From Candidatus Latescibacterota bacterium (GTDB lineage: Bacteria > Latescibacterota > UBA2968), in contig OZ242010.1 of assembly GCA_965204745.1 (NCBI GenBank), positions 3,584,001-3,648,000 of the forward strand: a stretch of 64,000 nucleotides of DNA. Direction: 5' to 3'. A program made the position numbers and the translations under genes. Below, piece after piece: positions 7,294-18,307 of this stretch. Numbering within the stretch: the stretch's first letter is position 1; each line of letters begins with the position of its first letter. The notes beneath the pieces were generated by a model. The model did no database searches and was not told the origin of the DNA. It saw only the letters and a program-made list of their open reading frames with translations.

Positions 7294-10200
7294 TGCCATC
7301 GCGCCAACGCCGCAGGGGAACCGCGCCGCTCCAAACCCGTCTCGCGCTCCATCGCTTTATCTGCCGAGAGTTTGGCTATGACGACATGGGCGCGATGCTC
7401 GAGAGAACGCGCTATGCCCAAGGAACGCACGCCTCGGGCCGGGAGAGCGACTACGCCCAATCCCTGTACCCGCATCCGGCAAATGCCCGCGTACCTGCGG
7501 ATCAATTCGCCGACTACGACGCCAATATCGCCACGCACAGCAACAAGCTGCGAATCACAGAGGAACACGGGCGCACGTGGAAACCCCACCAATACCTCGC
7601 CCTGTTGTTCACCGAACACTACTTGCGCCGGTATTTCGACGACCCCGAAGCCCTGTGCGCGGACCTCAACCGGGAAAAGGCCATGTATCGCCCGACCTGG
7701 GACATGCCGGATTACGAAGCGGACGACCTGCACACGCTCGCCTTTCAAAGCGCGACCGGATCCGGGAAGACGCTCCTCATGCACGCCAACATCTTGCAAT
7801 ACCGGCATTATCTCAATCGCGCGGGCAGGCGGTTAAACAACATCGTACTGGTCACGCCAAACGAGCAACTGTCCATGCAACACGAGCGCGAGATGCGACA
7901 AAGCGGGTTGCGGGCGCGGCTGTTTTCCAGTGAGGCGCGTTCCGATTTGCTCGCGCCGGTGGAAATTATCGACTTGAACAAGTTGGCAGAGAAGAAGGGG
8001 GTGAAGCGCGTTGCCGTGGCGGATTTTGGCGACGACAATCTCGTGCTGGTCGATGAAGGGCATCTGGGCGCGTCTGGCAAGGTTTGGCGCGAACGCCGCC
8101 GGGAGTTGGCGAGCGGGGGCTTTGCGTTTGAATACTCGGCGACCTTCAACCAAGTGGCGGGCCGAGATGCGGATTTGCTCGACGCTTATGGCAAGTGCCT
8201 GTTGTTCGACTACGCGTACCGCCGGTTCTACGCGGACGGGTACGGCAAGGACTACGCGATTTTGAACCTGCCGGGCGGGGTGAAGGACGAGAACAGCGAT
8301 ATGTACTTGCTCGGCTGCTTGCTGACCTTTTACCAGCAATGCCGCATCTATCGGGACAAGGGCGCGCTGTGGAAGGCGTTTAACCCGGCCAAGCCCCTGT
8401 GGGTGTTCTTGGGCAAGACCGTGATCGGATCGAGCAAGGCGGATCGAGCGACCCGCTCCGATGTGGTCCGCATCCTGACCTTTCTCGGCTGGGTGCTCGC
8501 CCACGCCGACATGGTGCGGCCCATGATCGACCGCTTGTTGGGCGGGCAATCGGGCTTGATGGACGACGCGGGCCGCGATTATTTTGCGGGCCGGTTTTCC
8601 CACCTGCCGCGCGGGGAAGACCTGTACGCGGATTTGTGCGAGACCTTGTTCCACGGGCCGGGGCGGTTGTCCGTGGCCTATCTGACCGCTGCCGAGGGCG
8701 AATTGCACCTCCGCACCGCAGACAACGATCCCTTTGGCGTGGTCAATGTCGGAGATTCGACCAAGCTCTACGGGTTGCTCGCGGATAATCCCAATCCTGA
8801 TTTCGACGTCGAGCGGGAGATGGGCTTTGCAACGCGCCTGTTCGCCCATGTGGATCGCCCGGATTCGACCGTGAACATCGTCATTGGCGCGCGGCGTTTT
8901 ATCGCGGGGTGGAACTCATGGCGCGTGAGCACGATGGGGCTGATGCACGTCGGGGTGCGCGAAGGGCCGGAAATCATCCAAATGTTCGGGCGCGGCGTGC
9001 GCCTCAAGGGCTATGCCATGAGCTTGAAGCGGCACAGGGAAACCGGGGTGATGCCGCCCGGGAACAGCGCGGAATTGGCAGAACTGGAAAAGCTGTACAT
9101 CTTTGGGTTGCGCGCCAACTACATGCAGACGTTTCGGGAGTTGCTCGCAAAAGAGGGGATGGGCATCGAGCGAGAGACCTTTCGCTTGCCCATCACTTGG
9201 AATTTTGCCAAGAAGACGGATTTGAAGCTGATCCGCCTCAAGGAAGATCGGCAATACGACCTTTCCGATGAACGGCCCCGTTTACCCGGGCCGGACGATG
9301 AGGACCGCCCGGTTGTGGTGCTGGATCTGTACTCGCGGCTTCAATCCGTCGCATCCAGTGACCACGCGGCCCAAGGGGGAACGCCAAAACAGAAGGTTAG
9401 CCTCGCGCCCTACGCTATGTTTTTTAACGCGGGGCGCATTTACGAGCGCGTGTTGCGGCGCAAGCGACAAAAGGGCTGGCAAAATCTGGTCATCGTGCGG
9501 GGGACCGTGGCGCGCCTCTTGCAAAGCGATGCGTGGTACGAACTCTATCTGCCGCAGGATCGACGCCCTGCCATGGCGTTTGAGCAGGTGCGCGACTTGG
9601 AGGATATCGCCGTCGATCTGATCGCGGAATACGCCGATGTGTTTTACCGCAGGCAGCGCAGGCGTTGGGAACACGGCGAGATCGAGGTCGTCACCCTAAC
9701 CGAGGATGATCCGAACAATGCCGCGACCTACGAACTGTCCGTCGATGCGACCGAGGCGCAGTTGGTCAAGGATGCACGCGATCTGGCGGACGCGATTGGG
9801 GAAGGCCGGGGGCCGGATTTGAAATACTGGTACCGCGAGTTGAAGATCGGCACCATCCAGGCAAACGCCCACGCCTATCGCCCGCTGCTCTACGCGGAAA
9901 AGGAGCGCGTCATCGCGGTTCAACCCGTTCCCTTAGACGAGCACGAAAGGCGCGTTGTCGAAGAACTAGAAGTACTCGCCCGGAACCGCGATCCCTGTTT
10001 GCACGGCAAGGAGTTGTTTTTGATCCGCAATCTGACGCAGGGCCGGGGCGTGTCGTTTTTTGATGATTTTGGTTATTACCCGGATTTCATCGTCTGGTTG
10101 AAAGACGATGTTCTCCAGCACGTCTTGTTTCTCGATCCAAAGGGATTGAGCCGGTTTGGCGAACGAGAACGCAGAAAGGTGTTGTTGCACCGCGAGATCG

Positions 10201-10391
10201 CACAGGTCGAAAAACGGGTGCGAGACGAAGACCCGAATTTGCGATTGCGCGCTTTTGTGTTGTCCGTTACGCCGCCCACAAAAATTGGCGATAGCGGGCG
10301 TTCTGCCCCTGACTGGAAAGCAGATGGGGTTTATTTTTTGGACGAGCGCGATTGTTTGAAGCAGGTTATCGAACACGCGCTCGGCGAGTGA
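7293..10391 (+). CDS. res: type III R-M restriction subunit (Res)
   Basis: ATGSGKT, DEGH, QMFGRGVR helicase motifs; C-terminal YPDF...DPKG nuclease motif. Confidence 0.92.
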   Translation: MPSRQRRRGTAPLQTRLALHRFICREFGYDDMGAMLERTRYAQGTHASGRESDYAQSLYPHPANARVPADQFADYDANIATHSNKLRITEEHGRTWKPHQYLALLFTEHYLRRYFDDPEALCADLNREKAMYRPTWDMPDYEADDLHTLAFQSATGSGKTLLMHANILQYRHYLNRAGRRLNNIVLVTPNEQLSMQHEREMRQSGLRARLFSSEARSDLLAPVEIIDLNKLAEKKGVKRVAVADFGDDNLVLVDEGHLGASGKVWRERRRELASGGFAFEYSATFNQVAGRDADLLDAYGKCLLFDYAYRRFYADGYGKDYAILNLPGGVKDENSDMYLLGCLLTFYQQCRIYRDKGALWKAFNPAKPLWVFLGKTVIGSSKADRATRSDVVRILTFLGWVLAHADMVRPMIDRLLGGQSGLMDDAGRDYFAGRFSHLPRGEDLYADLCETLFHGPGRLSVAYLTAAEGELHLRTADNDPFGVVNVGDSTKLYGLLADNPNPDFDVEREMGFATRLFAHVDRPDSTVNIVIGARRFIAGWNSWRVSTMGLMHVGVREGPEIIQMFGRGVRLKGYAMSLKRHRETGVMPPGNSAELAELEKLYIFGLRANYMQTFRELLAKEGMGIERETFRLPITWNFAKKTDLKLIRLKEDRQYDLSDERPRLPGPDDEDRPVVVLDLYSRLQSVASSDHAAQGGTPKQKVSLAPYAMFFNAGRIYERVLRRKRQKGWQNLVIVRGTVARLLQSDAWYELYLPQDRRPAMAFEQVRDLEDIAVDLIAEYADVFYRRQRRRWEHGEIEVVTLTEDDPNNAATYELSVDATEAQLVKDARDLADAIGEGRGPDLKYWYRELKIGTIQANAHAYRPLLYAEKERVIAVQPVPLDEHERRVVEELEVLARNRDPCLHGKELFLIRNLTQGRGVSFFDDFGYYPDFIVWLKDDVLQHVLFLDPKGLSRFGERERRKVLLHREIAQVEKRVRDEDPNLRLRAFVLSVTPPTKIGDSGRSAPDWKADGVYFLDERDCLKQVIEHALGE

Positions 10392-10403
10392 TTGGAGGAA
10401 GCG

Positions 10404-11087
10404 ATGACGAGAAAGTTCTTCTCGGTTGCGCTGATCGCGGTGTTGGTCGGCTGTGGAACTATGGCGAATCAGGACGCCATGCCAGAGGATTTTGTCGTGG
10501 TGAATGAGGCGATTCCGTCCGCGCTGTTTGAGATTCGGTATTTTACGGACGACAATTTTCTCGGCACAAAAGTGGATGGGTATGAAAAGCCGTTTTGCGT
10601 GCTCTCGGCGCAGGCGAGCGCGGCGTTGGCCCAGGTGCAACGAGACGTGCAACAACGGGGATACACGCTCAAAATTTTCGATTGTTACCGCCCGCAGCGG
10701 GCCGTGGATCACTTCGTGCGCTGGGTGCAGGATGTGGCGGATCAGCGCGCAAAAGCGGAATATTATCCGAATGAGGACAAAGCGCGGTTGATCGAAAAGG
10801 GGTATATTGCAGATCGGTCCGGGCACAGTCGGGGCAGCACATTGGATTTGACATTGGCCCGAACCTCCGATGGCGCGGAGTTGGACATGGGAACGCCGTT
10901 TGATTATTTCGATACCCTGTCCAACACCGCGGATCCGCGCATTGCAGAAGCGCAAAAAAACAACCGCCTGTTGCTGAAAACCGCGATGGAAAACCACGGA
11001 TTTGTCAATTACGACAAGGAGTGGTGGCATTACACGTTGCGCGACGAACCGCATCCGGACACGTATTTTGATTTTCCCGTGAAATAG
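10404..11087 (+). CDS. ddpX: D-Ala-D-Ala dipeptidase (M15, VanX/DdpX family), lipoprotein
   Basis: DCYRPQRA, SGHSRGSTLD, EWWHY; lipobox LVGC. Confidence 0.9.
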   Translation: MTRKFFSVALIAVLVGCGTMANQDAMPEDFVVVNEAIPSALFEIRYFTDDNFLGTKVDGYEKPFCVLSAQASAALAQVQRDVQQRGYTLKIFDCYRPQRAVDHFVRWVQDVADQRAKAEYYPNEDKARLIEKGYIADRSGHSRGSTLDLTLARTSDGAELDMGTPFDYFDTLSNTADPRIAEAQKNNRLLLKTAMENHGFVNYDKEWWHYTLRDEPHPDTYFDFPVK

Positions 11088-11096
11088 GGTCAAGCA

Positions 11097-11543
11097 ATGC
11101 TCGCAAATCTATGGGAATGGCTGGTGACAGGCGTGCGGATCGCACTCGGGGAGCGCGTGCCAAAGCAGTGGATCAGCTTTGGCGGGGTGGGCGCGCTCGG
11201 CATGGCAACAGACGCGCTGCTCACCGGCATCTTGCACGGGATGATGGAATTGTCCTTCGCGCTCGCGCGGCCCTTGCCCATTCTCTTGAGCATGACGCAG
11301 AACTATTTGTTGAACAACCGATTGACATTCAACGACGCGCAACATCGCGGCGCCGCGCAACTGATCCGCGGGTGGGCCGCGTATGTCGCTTGCCAGATGG
11401 CCGGCGCAGTGGTGAACTGGAGTGGGTCCGTGGCCCTCCACTGGACGGGCCTGCCATGGCTGCTCGCCCTGTTCGTCGGGGTCGCCCTGGGCACGGTGAT
11501 CAACTTTGTGATGGCAAAGCGGTTGGTCTGGAAAGGCAGGTGA
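11097..11543 (+). CDS. GtrA-family membrane protein
   Basis: four hydrophobic segments, NYLLNNRLTF, INF...KRLVW. Confidence 0.85.
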   Translation: MLANLWEWLVTGVRIALGERVPKQWISFGGVGALGMATDALLTGILHGMMELSFALARPLPILLSMTQNYLLNNRLTFNDAQHRGAAQLIRGWAAYVACQMAGAVVNWSGSVALHWTGLPWLLALFVGVALGTVINFVMAKRLVWKGR

Positions 11544-11598
11544 GAGGCAAGGCGTAAGAGGTAAGACGCAAGAGGGGAGAGGGGAGACGCAAGAGGCA
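11537..11598 (-). repeat. heptamer array flanking IS110 copy 2
   Basis: AGGTGAG/AGGCAAG/AGGTAAG/ACGCAAG/AGGGGAG units. Confidence 0.9.
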
Positions 11599-11615
11599 AG
11601 ATACTCTCTTAAAGG

Positions 11616-12623
11616 TCAAGGGGATTGCGGGGCGATTCGATAGAATTTCTCGCCCTCAAAATCTTGGTCATGCCGCAACATGCCCCAGATTGAATGGAGC
11701 AACTTTCGCATCACCGCAACGATAGCCTGCAAAGGTTTCTTGCCGCGGGCAATGAGTTGGTCATAGAAGGCTTTGACATGGACTTCGTGTCTGATGGCCA
11801 CCCAGGCAGGCATATAGAGGGCATGGCGGAGGTACTTATTCCCGGTTTTCGAGATGCGTCTTTGTGGGTTGGCGGTTCCGGATTGTTTGGGTTTGGGATC
11901 CAGGCCTGCATGTGCGACCCACTGGGGCGGTTGCATCTCCTCAGGCAAAAGGGTCAACTCGGCCAAGAGCCGCAAGGCGCTCGTTTGTGCGATGCCAGGC
12001 GTCGAGCAGAGGCGTTGGTAGGCGCGCTTGAGGGTCTCATCGTGCAAAACGAGATCGAGGGCTTGGTCTTCCAAGTATGCAATCCGGCGTTTGAGGTGTC
12101 GAATATTCACCTGAATATCGCGTGCGATGCGCCGTGTGCTCAGGATGTGGTAGCTTTGCGCGTGGTTGCGGCTCTGTTCACTGATGATCACCTGCTTGAG
12201 TTGGTCAATGCGTCTGGTGAGGGCTTGCAGTTGAAGCCGTTGCTCACTCGGCGCTTGCCAAGGCACAAACGGCATGCGCTCGGCATAATCCATGATCAAC
12301 AACGCATCCTTCGCATCCGTCTTGGCTCGTTGCATGCGGGCTTGACCGTACTTGCTCATCGCTTTGGGATTGACGACCATGACCTTTGTGTGGCGATGCC
12401 GATGCAAGGCCAAGGCCACCCCCAAGCTGTAAAGCCCGGTCGCTTCGAGGCACACAGAGACCATGTGCCCGCCCTTGGTGAGCCACTTCAGCAACCGCTT
12501 ATGGGCTTGGGGATCATTGGCAAAGGTCGCTTGCATGACAGCTTGTCCGGGTCTGGACAGGGCAACAGACAACGTGCGGGCACTGACATCAATGCCGGCG
12601 AAAGCGGGTTGAGATTTCGACAT
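11616..12623 (-). CDS. IS110-family transposase / bridge recombinase, 335 aa
   Basis: DEDD motifs and QSG intact. Confidence 0.97.
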   Translation of the reverse strand: MSKSQPAFAGIDVSARTLSVALSRPGQAVMQATFANDPQAHKRLLKWLTKGGHMVSVCLEATGLYSLGVALALHRHRHTKVMVVNPKAMSKYGQARMQRAKTDAKDALLIMDYAERMPFVPWQAPSEQRLQLQALTRRIDQLKQVIISEQSRNHAQSYHILSTRRIARDIQVNIRHLKRRIAYLEDQALDLVLHDETLKRAYQRLCSTPGIAQTSALRLLAELTLLPEEMQPPQWVAHAGLDPKPKQSGTANPQRRISKTGNKYLRHALYMPAWVAIRHEVHVKAFYDQLIARGKKPLQAIVAVMRKLLHSIWGMLRHDQDFEGEKFYRIAPQSP

Positions 12624-12677
12624 GGGGGCCTCCTGTGATGAGGGGTTGTAAGGGGTCTGGTGTGCGCTCGAGTTCGA

Positions 12678-12874
12678 TCCCGACCATTGACGCCAAGTCT
12701 ACCGGTCTTGTATATGCAGCCTCAAGGGACTTAGATACTCTTCGGCATAGACCCGGCGGTCGGGGGGCCTATCTTACCTACAAGGTCATCGCCTTCAAGA
12801 GGGGCCGGCCTTCCCCGAGCCGGGCATCAAGATGGCTTATCTCGATACGAGGGCGCAACTCCTAATTAACCCTT
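12678..12874 (-). ncRNA. bridge RNA of IS110 copy 2
   Basis: same four guide segments as copy 1. Confidence 0.86.
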
Positions 12875-12890
12875 ACTTCCAAGATACAAG

Positions 12891-12992
12891 AGGGGAGACG
12901 CAAGAGGGGAGAGGGGTGGCCTTCTCACGTCTTGCCTCTCACCTCTCACTTTTTTGGGGTGGCCTTCTCACGTCTTGCCTCTCACCTCTCAC
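12891..12992. repeat. inverted heptamer arrays around GGGGTGGCC, with a duplicated ~37-bp unit
   Basis: GGGGTGGCCTTCTCACGTCTTGCCTCTCACCTCTCAC occurs twice; related unit at 19841-19863. Confidence 0.85.
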
Positions 12993-13112
12993 CTTTTTGG
13001 GCGATGTCCCCGTGCTCGCCTGAAGACGCGAAAAGGCGAAAGGCAACTGCTGATAAACACAGATGAACGCGAATGGCGAGGTATCCGTTCAACCACTTAT
13101 TTGAGGTATATT

Positions 13113-13361
13113 ATGGCACTTACAAAACGCGCACAATTACTGATGGAACCCGACGACTATCAACAACTCGTGCATATTGCACAATACGAGCAGATTTCAG
13201 TGGCTGAGTTAATCCGAACGGCTGTCCGAGAGCGATATTTGACACAGCCCAAAAAGCCGGAAGAACTGGTTGAAGCAATTTGTGCAATGAATTTAGAGGT
13301 CATCGATTGGGAATCGCTAGAGGCAGATATAACGGAGGCCCACGGTGAGAGCCTTTCTTGA
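13113..13361 (+). CDS. probable antitoxin (RHH/CopG-like)
   Basis: KRAQLL...SVAELIRTAV; overlaps PIN gene start. Confidence 0.8.
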   Translation: MALTKRAQLLMEPDDYQQLVHIAQYEQISVAELIRTAVRERYLTQPKKPEELVEAICAMNLEVIDWESLEADITEAHGESLS

Positions 13362-13773
13362 TACCAATATTTTTCTGTACGCAGCAGGGACAGACCATCC
13401 ACTTCGCGCCTCCTGTCAAGATATTTTGCATTGGTGTAGCCGAGGCATATTAGAGGCGACAACAAATGCGGAAGTTGTGCAGGAAATTCTCTATGTGTTG
13501 CACCGGCGAGGGGAGGTCGCAGGCGCGCCTGCATTGTCTCGTCACATCTTAAATTTGTATCCCAATTTGATTGCCGTGACGCATACAGATATGTTACAAG
13601 CGTGCAATTTGTTGGCGAAATATCCAAATCTACCTGTTCGGGATGCTGTGCATGCAGCCACAGCCTTAAACAATGATATCCAGAATGTGATTAGTGCAGA
13701 TCGACACTTTGATCAAATTGAAAATTTGCACCGAGTAGATCCACTTGATGTGGCAAAGGTTTGGGAATTATGA
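13345..13773 (+). CDS. vapC: PIN-domain toxin
   Basis: FLDTNIFLYA, EVVQE, RDAVHAA, SADRHFD. Confidence 0.92.
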   Translation: MRAFLDTNIFLYAAGTDHPLRASCQDILHWCSRGILEATTNAEVVQEILYVLHRRGEVAGAPALSRHILNLYPNLIAVTHTDMLQACNLLAKYPNLPVRDAVHAATALNNDIQNVISADRHFDQIENLHRVDPLDVAKVWEL

Positions 13774-13827
13774 AATATCAGTTTGCAATTAGCGCGTGTT
13801 TGTGCCACTCATCTTCTCACTTTCACC

Positions 13828-14391
13828 ATGCCCTTTGAATTTATCCCCCTGGACATACCCGCTGTTATCCTCGTGCGGGCGACGCGGTTTTTGGATGATC
13901 GCGGGTTTTTTGTGGAAACGTACAGGCGCGAGGACTTCGCCGCGCATGGCATTGCGGAGTCCTTTGTGCAAGACAATTACTCGCGGTCCGTGCGCGGGGT
14001 GTTGCGCGGGTTGCACTATCAGAAAGACCCGCACGCGCAGGGCAAGATCATTCAGGTGCTCAACGGCGAAATGTACGATGTTGCCGTGGATCTGCGCCGA
14101 GGAGCGCCCACGTACGGGCAGTGGGTCGGGATGCGGCTCTCCGATGCGCGGTCCGAACTGTTGTACGTGCCGCCGGGGTTTGCACACGGCTTTTGCGTTT
14201 TGAGCGAAGTCGCGGATTTCACGTACAAATGCACGGATATTTACGCGCCCGAAACCTATCGCGGCATCGCTTGGGACGACCCGGACTTGGGCATTCCATG
14301 GCCCGTCAAAAACCCCATCCTTTCCCAACGCGACCAAAACCTGCCCCGGTTCAAAGACGCGGACAACAATTTCATTTTTCGAGGACCATAG
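13828..14391 (+). CDS. rfbC: dTDP-4-dehydrorhamnose 3,5-epimerase
   Basis: DDRGFF, GVLRGLHYQ, DVAVDLR, GFAHGF. Confidence 0.96.
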   Translation: MPFEFIPLDIPAVILVRATRFLDDRGFFVETYRREDFAAHGIAESFVQDNYSRSVRGVLRGLHYQKDPHAQGKIIQVLNGEMYDVAVDLRRGAPTYGQWVGMRLSDARSELLYVPPGFAHGFCVLSEVADFTYKCTDIYAPETYRGIAWDDPDLGIPWPVKNPILSQRDQNLPRFKDADNNFIFRGP

Positions 14392-17300
14392 ATGATCCTG
14401 AAGCATTTCTTTCGCACCTCCGGCCTTTCTCCCGCGCAACAACGCAGCCTGATCCAGTCGGCAAAACAATGCGTCTCCGCGCGCATTCGAGACATCCAAA
14501 CCGAAGCCTGTTTCAACATCCAAACCCGCTCCCCCCTCTCTGCGGAACAGCAAACCCGCCTCGCGTATTTGCTCTCTGAAACCTTTGAACCGGACCAGTT
14601 TGCAGAACAGTCCTTCCTCGCCGGCGACGGGACGCTCCTCGAAGTGGGGCCGCGCCTGAATTTTTCCACGGCTTGGTCGACCAATGCCGTGGCGATCTGC
14701 CACGCCTGTGGCCTCGCGCAAGTGGTGCGCGTGGAGCGGTCGCGGCGGTATCTCATCACCCCCACCCTCGCCCCACAACAACAACGCGCGTTTTTGGCAT
14801 TGGTCCACGACCGCATGACCGAATGCCCGTATCCCGAACCCCTCGCGTCTTTTGAATCCGATGCAAAACCCGAACCCGTGTTCGAGATTCCCCTCATCCA
14901 AGAAGGCCGCCGCGCATTGGAGGAAATCAACCGCGCGATGGGCCTCGCGTTCGACGATTGGGACCTCGATTATTATGCGGACCTCTTCCTCGATCAAATC
15001 AGACGCAATCCCACGCAAGTCGAATGTTTTGACATCGCCCAGTCCAACAGCGAACACTGCCGGCACTGGTTCTTCAAAGGTCGCCTCATCATCGACGACG
15101 AGGCAATGCCCGAGCACCTCATCGCCCTCATTCAATCGCCCCTCAAAGCCAATCCCAACAACAGCACCATCGCCTTTCGGGACAATTCCAGCGCGATTCG
15201 CGGGTATCCGATTCGCACCCTCATCCCCACGCGCATTGGCAAGCCGTCGGCATTCGCGCTCTTTGACCGTGCGTACGACATCCTCTTCACCGCAGAAACG
15301 CACAACTTCCCCTCGGGCGTGGCGCCGTTTCCCGGCGCGGAAACCGGCACGGGCGGGCGCATCCGAGACGTGCAGGCCACGGGCCGAGGCGCGCTCGTCA
15401 TCGCGGGCACCGCCGCGTACTGTGTGGGCAATTTGTACGTGCCGGGCTATGACCTGCCGTGGGAAAACCCCGAATTTCAGTACCCGGACAATCTCGCGTC
15501 CCCGCTGCAAATCGCCATCGAAGCCAGCAATGGCGCGTCTGATTACGGCAACAAATTCGGCGAACCCCTCATCCAAGGCTACGTGCGATCCTACGGCGCG
15601 CGCCTGCCCAATGGCGAGCGCAGGGAATGGCTCAAGCCCATCATGTTCAGCGGCGGCATCGGGCAGATGGATGCGCGACACGCGGAAAAAGGCGCGCCTG
15701 CGCCCGAGATGCTCGTCGCCAAACTCGGCGGCCCGGCCTATCGCATCGGCATGGGCGGGGGCGCCGCGTCGAGCATGGTGCAGGGCGAAAACGAAGCCGA
15801 ACTCGATTTCAACGCCGTGCAACGCGGCGATGCCGAAATGGAACAAAAGCTCAACCGCGTGATTCGCGCGTGCGTGGAACTCGGGGATCAAAATCCCATC
15901 GTCAGCATCCACGACCAAGGCGCCGGGGGCAACTGCAATGTGATCAAGGAACTCGTCAGTCCGGCAGGCGCGCGCATCGACATTCGCGCCATCCCCGTGG
16001 GCGACGAGACCCTGTCCGCGCTCGAAATTTGGGGCGCGGAATACCAGGAAAACAACGCCTTGCTCATCCGCCCGGATCACGCCCAACGCTTTGACGCCCT
16101 CTGCGAACGCGAAAAAGTTCCCCATGCGTACATCGGCAAAGTGACCGGCGACGGGCGCGTGGTGGTCTATGACCGCCGGGACGACAGCGTGCCTGTCGAC
16201 TTCGACCTCGACCACGTCTTGGGCGAGATGCCGCAAAAGCCCTTCAAACTCGACCGGTTTCCCATCCGCACGGAACCGCTCGTTTTGCCCGAAGACCTGA
16301 CCGTCGCAGACGCCCTCGACCGCGTGGCGCGCCTCGTCTCCGTCGGGTCCAAGCGATTTCTCGCCAGCAAAGTGGATCGCAGCGTGACCGGCCTCGTCGC
16401 GCAACAGCAATGCGCGGGGCCTTTGCAACTGACCGTGGCGAATGTGGCCGTCGTGGCGCAAAGCCACTTTGGGCTGACCGGCGCGGCGACCGCGATTGGC
16501 GAACAACCGATCAAGGGCCTCATCGACCCGGGCGCGATGGCGCGCATGTGCGCGGGCGAGATGCTCACCAATATCGCGTGGGCGCGCATCAGCGCGATAG
16601 AAGACATCAAGTGCTCGGGCAACTGGATGTGGGCCGCCAAATTGCCCGGCGAAGGCGCCGCGCTCTACGACGCGGCCCACGCGCTCACGGATATTTTGCG
16701 CGCGTGGGGCATGGGCATTGACGGGGGCAAAGACAGCTTGTCGATGGCCGCGATTGCGCCGGGTGATGAGGGCGATGAAACCGTCAAAGCCCCCGGCGCG
16801 CTCGTCCTGTCCGGCTACGTCACCTGTCCGGATATCACGCAGACCGTCACCCCGGATTTGAAATATCCCGACGATGGCGTCATTTTGTACGTGGACCTCG
16901 GCGCGGACGAGCACCGCTTGGGCGGTTCCGCGCTCGCGCACGTCTATGGGCAAATAGGCGATGAGTCGCCCGACGTGGATGATCCGGCACGGGTCAAACG
17001 CGCCATAGCCGCGCTGCAATCCTGCATTGCAAACCACGCGATAGCCGCGGGTCACGACCGCAGCGACGGTGGCTTGATCACCGCGCTTTTGGAAATGGCG
17101 TATGCCGGCAACTGCGGCATCGAGATCGACCTGCACACCCGCGCCGATGCAATAGCCGCGCTCTTTTCCGAAGAACTCGGCTTGGTCTTTGAAGTGCAGT
17201 CGCAAAACCTGAAGACCGTGCGCGACATTTTTGACCGCGCCAACGCGCCCATTCAAACCCTGGGCAAAACGACCGCGAGGCCGGAGATTCGCATTTCCGT

Positions 17301-18297
17301 CAACGCGCAGCGCGTGCTCGCCGCGCCCATGCCCGCGCTGCGCGATGTGTGGGAAGCCACGAGTTTTCAACTCGAACGCCTGCAAACCAATCCGACGTGT
17401 GTCGCGCGAGAAGAAGCGTCTCTCGCCACGCGCACAGGCCCCCAATACACCGCGCCCTTCGCGCCGAAGCCCACGCCGCCTGCGGTGCTCAACGCCCGTT
17501 GCAAACCCAAAGTCGCGATTGTGCGCGAAGAGGGCAGCAATGGCGACCGCGAAATGACCTCGGCATTTTTCGCCGCGGGGTTTGAACCCTGGGATCTAAC
17601 GACGACCGATCTCCTCTCTGGCGCGATCACACTCGACCGGTTTCGCGGGCTCGCGTTTGTCGGCGGGTTCAGCTATGCAGACGTGCTCGATTCGGCCAAG
17701 GGCTGGGCCGGCGCGATCCGCTTCAATGATGGCCTGCGCGCACAGTTCGACGCGTTTTACCATCGCGCCGATACGTTCAGCTTGGGGGTGTGCAATGGTT
17801 GCCAACTGATGGCCCTGCTCGGCTGGGTGCCGTTCCCGGGGCTTGCGGATGTGGATCAACCCCGGTTTGTTCGCAACGAGTCCGGGCGGTTTGAATCCCG
17901 GTTTTCCACCGTGCAAATACAGGACGGCCCGGCGATCATGTTCAACAACATGGCCGGCGCGTCCCTGGGCTTATGGGTCGCACACGGCGAGGGCCGCGCA
18001 TTTTTCCCCCACGCCGACATCCTCTGCCGGGTCATTGCCGACAACCTCGCGCCCGCGCGCTATGTGGATGACGACAACGCCATCACCGAAGCCTATCCCT
18101 TCAACCCCAATGGATCGCCGCACGGCATCGCGGCCCTGTGCTCGCCCAATGGCCGCCACCTCGCCATGATGCCCCATCCAGAACGCGCCTTCCTCAAATG
18201 GCAATGGCCCTACATGCCCCTGCACTGGAAACGCGATCTCAAAGCGTCTCCATGGCTTCAAATGTTCCAAAACGCCCGTGCGTGGTGCGGGAAGTAA
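14392..18297 (+). CDS. purL: phosphoribosylformylglycinamidine synthase (large single-chain type)
   Basis: NSEHCRHWFF, ETHNFP, GGKDSLSM, GVCNGCQ, MMPHPER. Confidence 0.98.
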   Translation: MILKHFFRTSGLSPAQQRSLIQSAKQCVSARIRDIQTEACFNIQTRSPLSAEQQTRLAYLLSETFEPDQFAEQSFLAGDGTLLEVGPRLNFSTAWSTNAVAICHACGLAQVVRVERSRRYLITPTLAPQQQRAFLALVHDRMTECPYPEPLASFESDAKPEPVFEIPLIQEGRRALEEINRAMGLAFDDWDLDYYADLFLDQIRRNPTQVECFDIAQSNSEHCRHWFFKGRLIIDDEAMPEHLIALIQSPLKANPNNSTIAFRDNSSAIRGYPIRTLIPTRIGKPSAFALFDRAYDILFTAETHNFPSGVAPFPGAETGTGGRIRDVQATGRGALVIAGTAAYCVGNLYVPGYDLPWENPEFQYPDNLASPLQIAIEASNGASDYGNKFGEPLIQGYVRSYGARLPNGERREWLKPIMFSGGIGQMDARHAEKGAPAPEMLVAKLGGPAYRIGMGGGAASSMVQGENEAELDFNAVQRGDAEMEQKLNRVIRACVELGDQNPIVSIHDQGAGGNCNVIKELVSPAGARIDIRAIPVGDETLSALEIWGAEYQENNALLIRPDHAQRFDALCEREKVPHAYIGKVTGDGRVVVYDRRDDSVPVDFDLDHVLGEMPQKPFKLDRFPIRTEPLVLPEDLTVADALDRVARLVSVGSKRFLASKVDRSVTGLVAQQQCAGPLQLTVANVAVVAQSHFGLTGAATAIGEQPIKGLIDPGAMARMCAGEMLTNIAWARISAIEDIKCSGNWMWAAKLPGEGAALYDAAHALTDILRAWGMGIDGGKDSLSMAAIAPGDEGDETVKAPGALVLSGYVTCPDITQTVTPDLKYPDDGVILYVDLGADEHRLGGSALAHVYGQIGDESPDVDDPARVKRAIAALQSCIANHAIAAGHDRSDGGLITALLEMAYAGNCGIEIDLHTRADAIAALFSEELGLVFEVQSQNLKTVRDIFDRANAPIQTLGKTTARPEIRISVNAQRVLAAPMPALRDVWEATSFQLERLQTNPTCVAREEASLATRTGPQYTAPFAPKPTPPAVLNARCKPKVAIVREEGSNGDREMTSAFFAAGFEPWDLTTTDLLSGAITLDRFRGLAFVGGFSYADVLDSAKGWAGAIRFNDGLRAQFDAFYHRADTFSLGVCNGCQLMALLGWVPFPGLADVDQPRFVRNESGRFESRFSTVQIQDGPAIMFNNMAGASLGLWVAHGEGRAFFPHADILCRVIADNLAPARYVDDDNAITEAYPFNPNGSPHGIAALCSPNGRHLAMMPHPERAFLKWQWPYMPLHWKRDLKASPWLQMFQNARAWCGK

Positions 18298-18307
18298 GTC
18301 GTTCATA

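Larger units (their letters stand above)
11599..12890 (-). mobile_element. IS110-family element, copy 2
   Basis: same ends and CT core as copy 1; appears identical to copy 3 (offset 6772). Confidence 0.95.

Noticed and set aside
13789-17445. 1218-aa antisense ORF
   Set aside because: Mirror of rfbC/purL expected in high-GC codon usage; similar shadows elsewhere were ignored.
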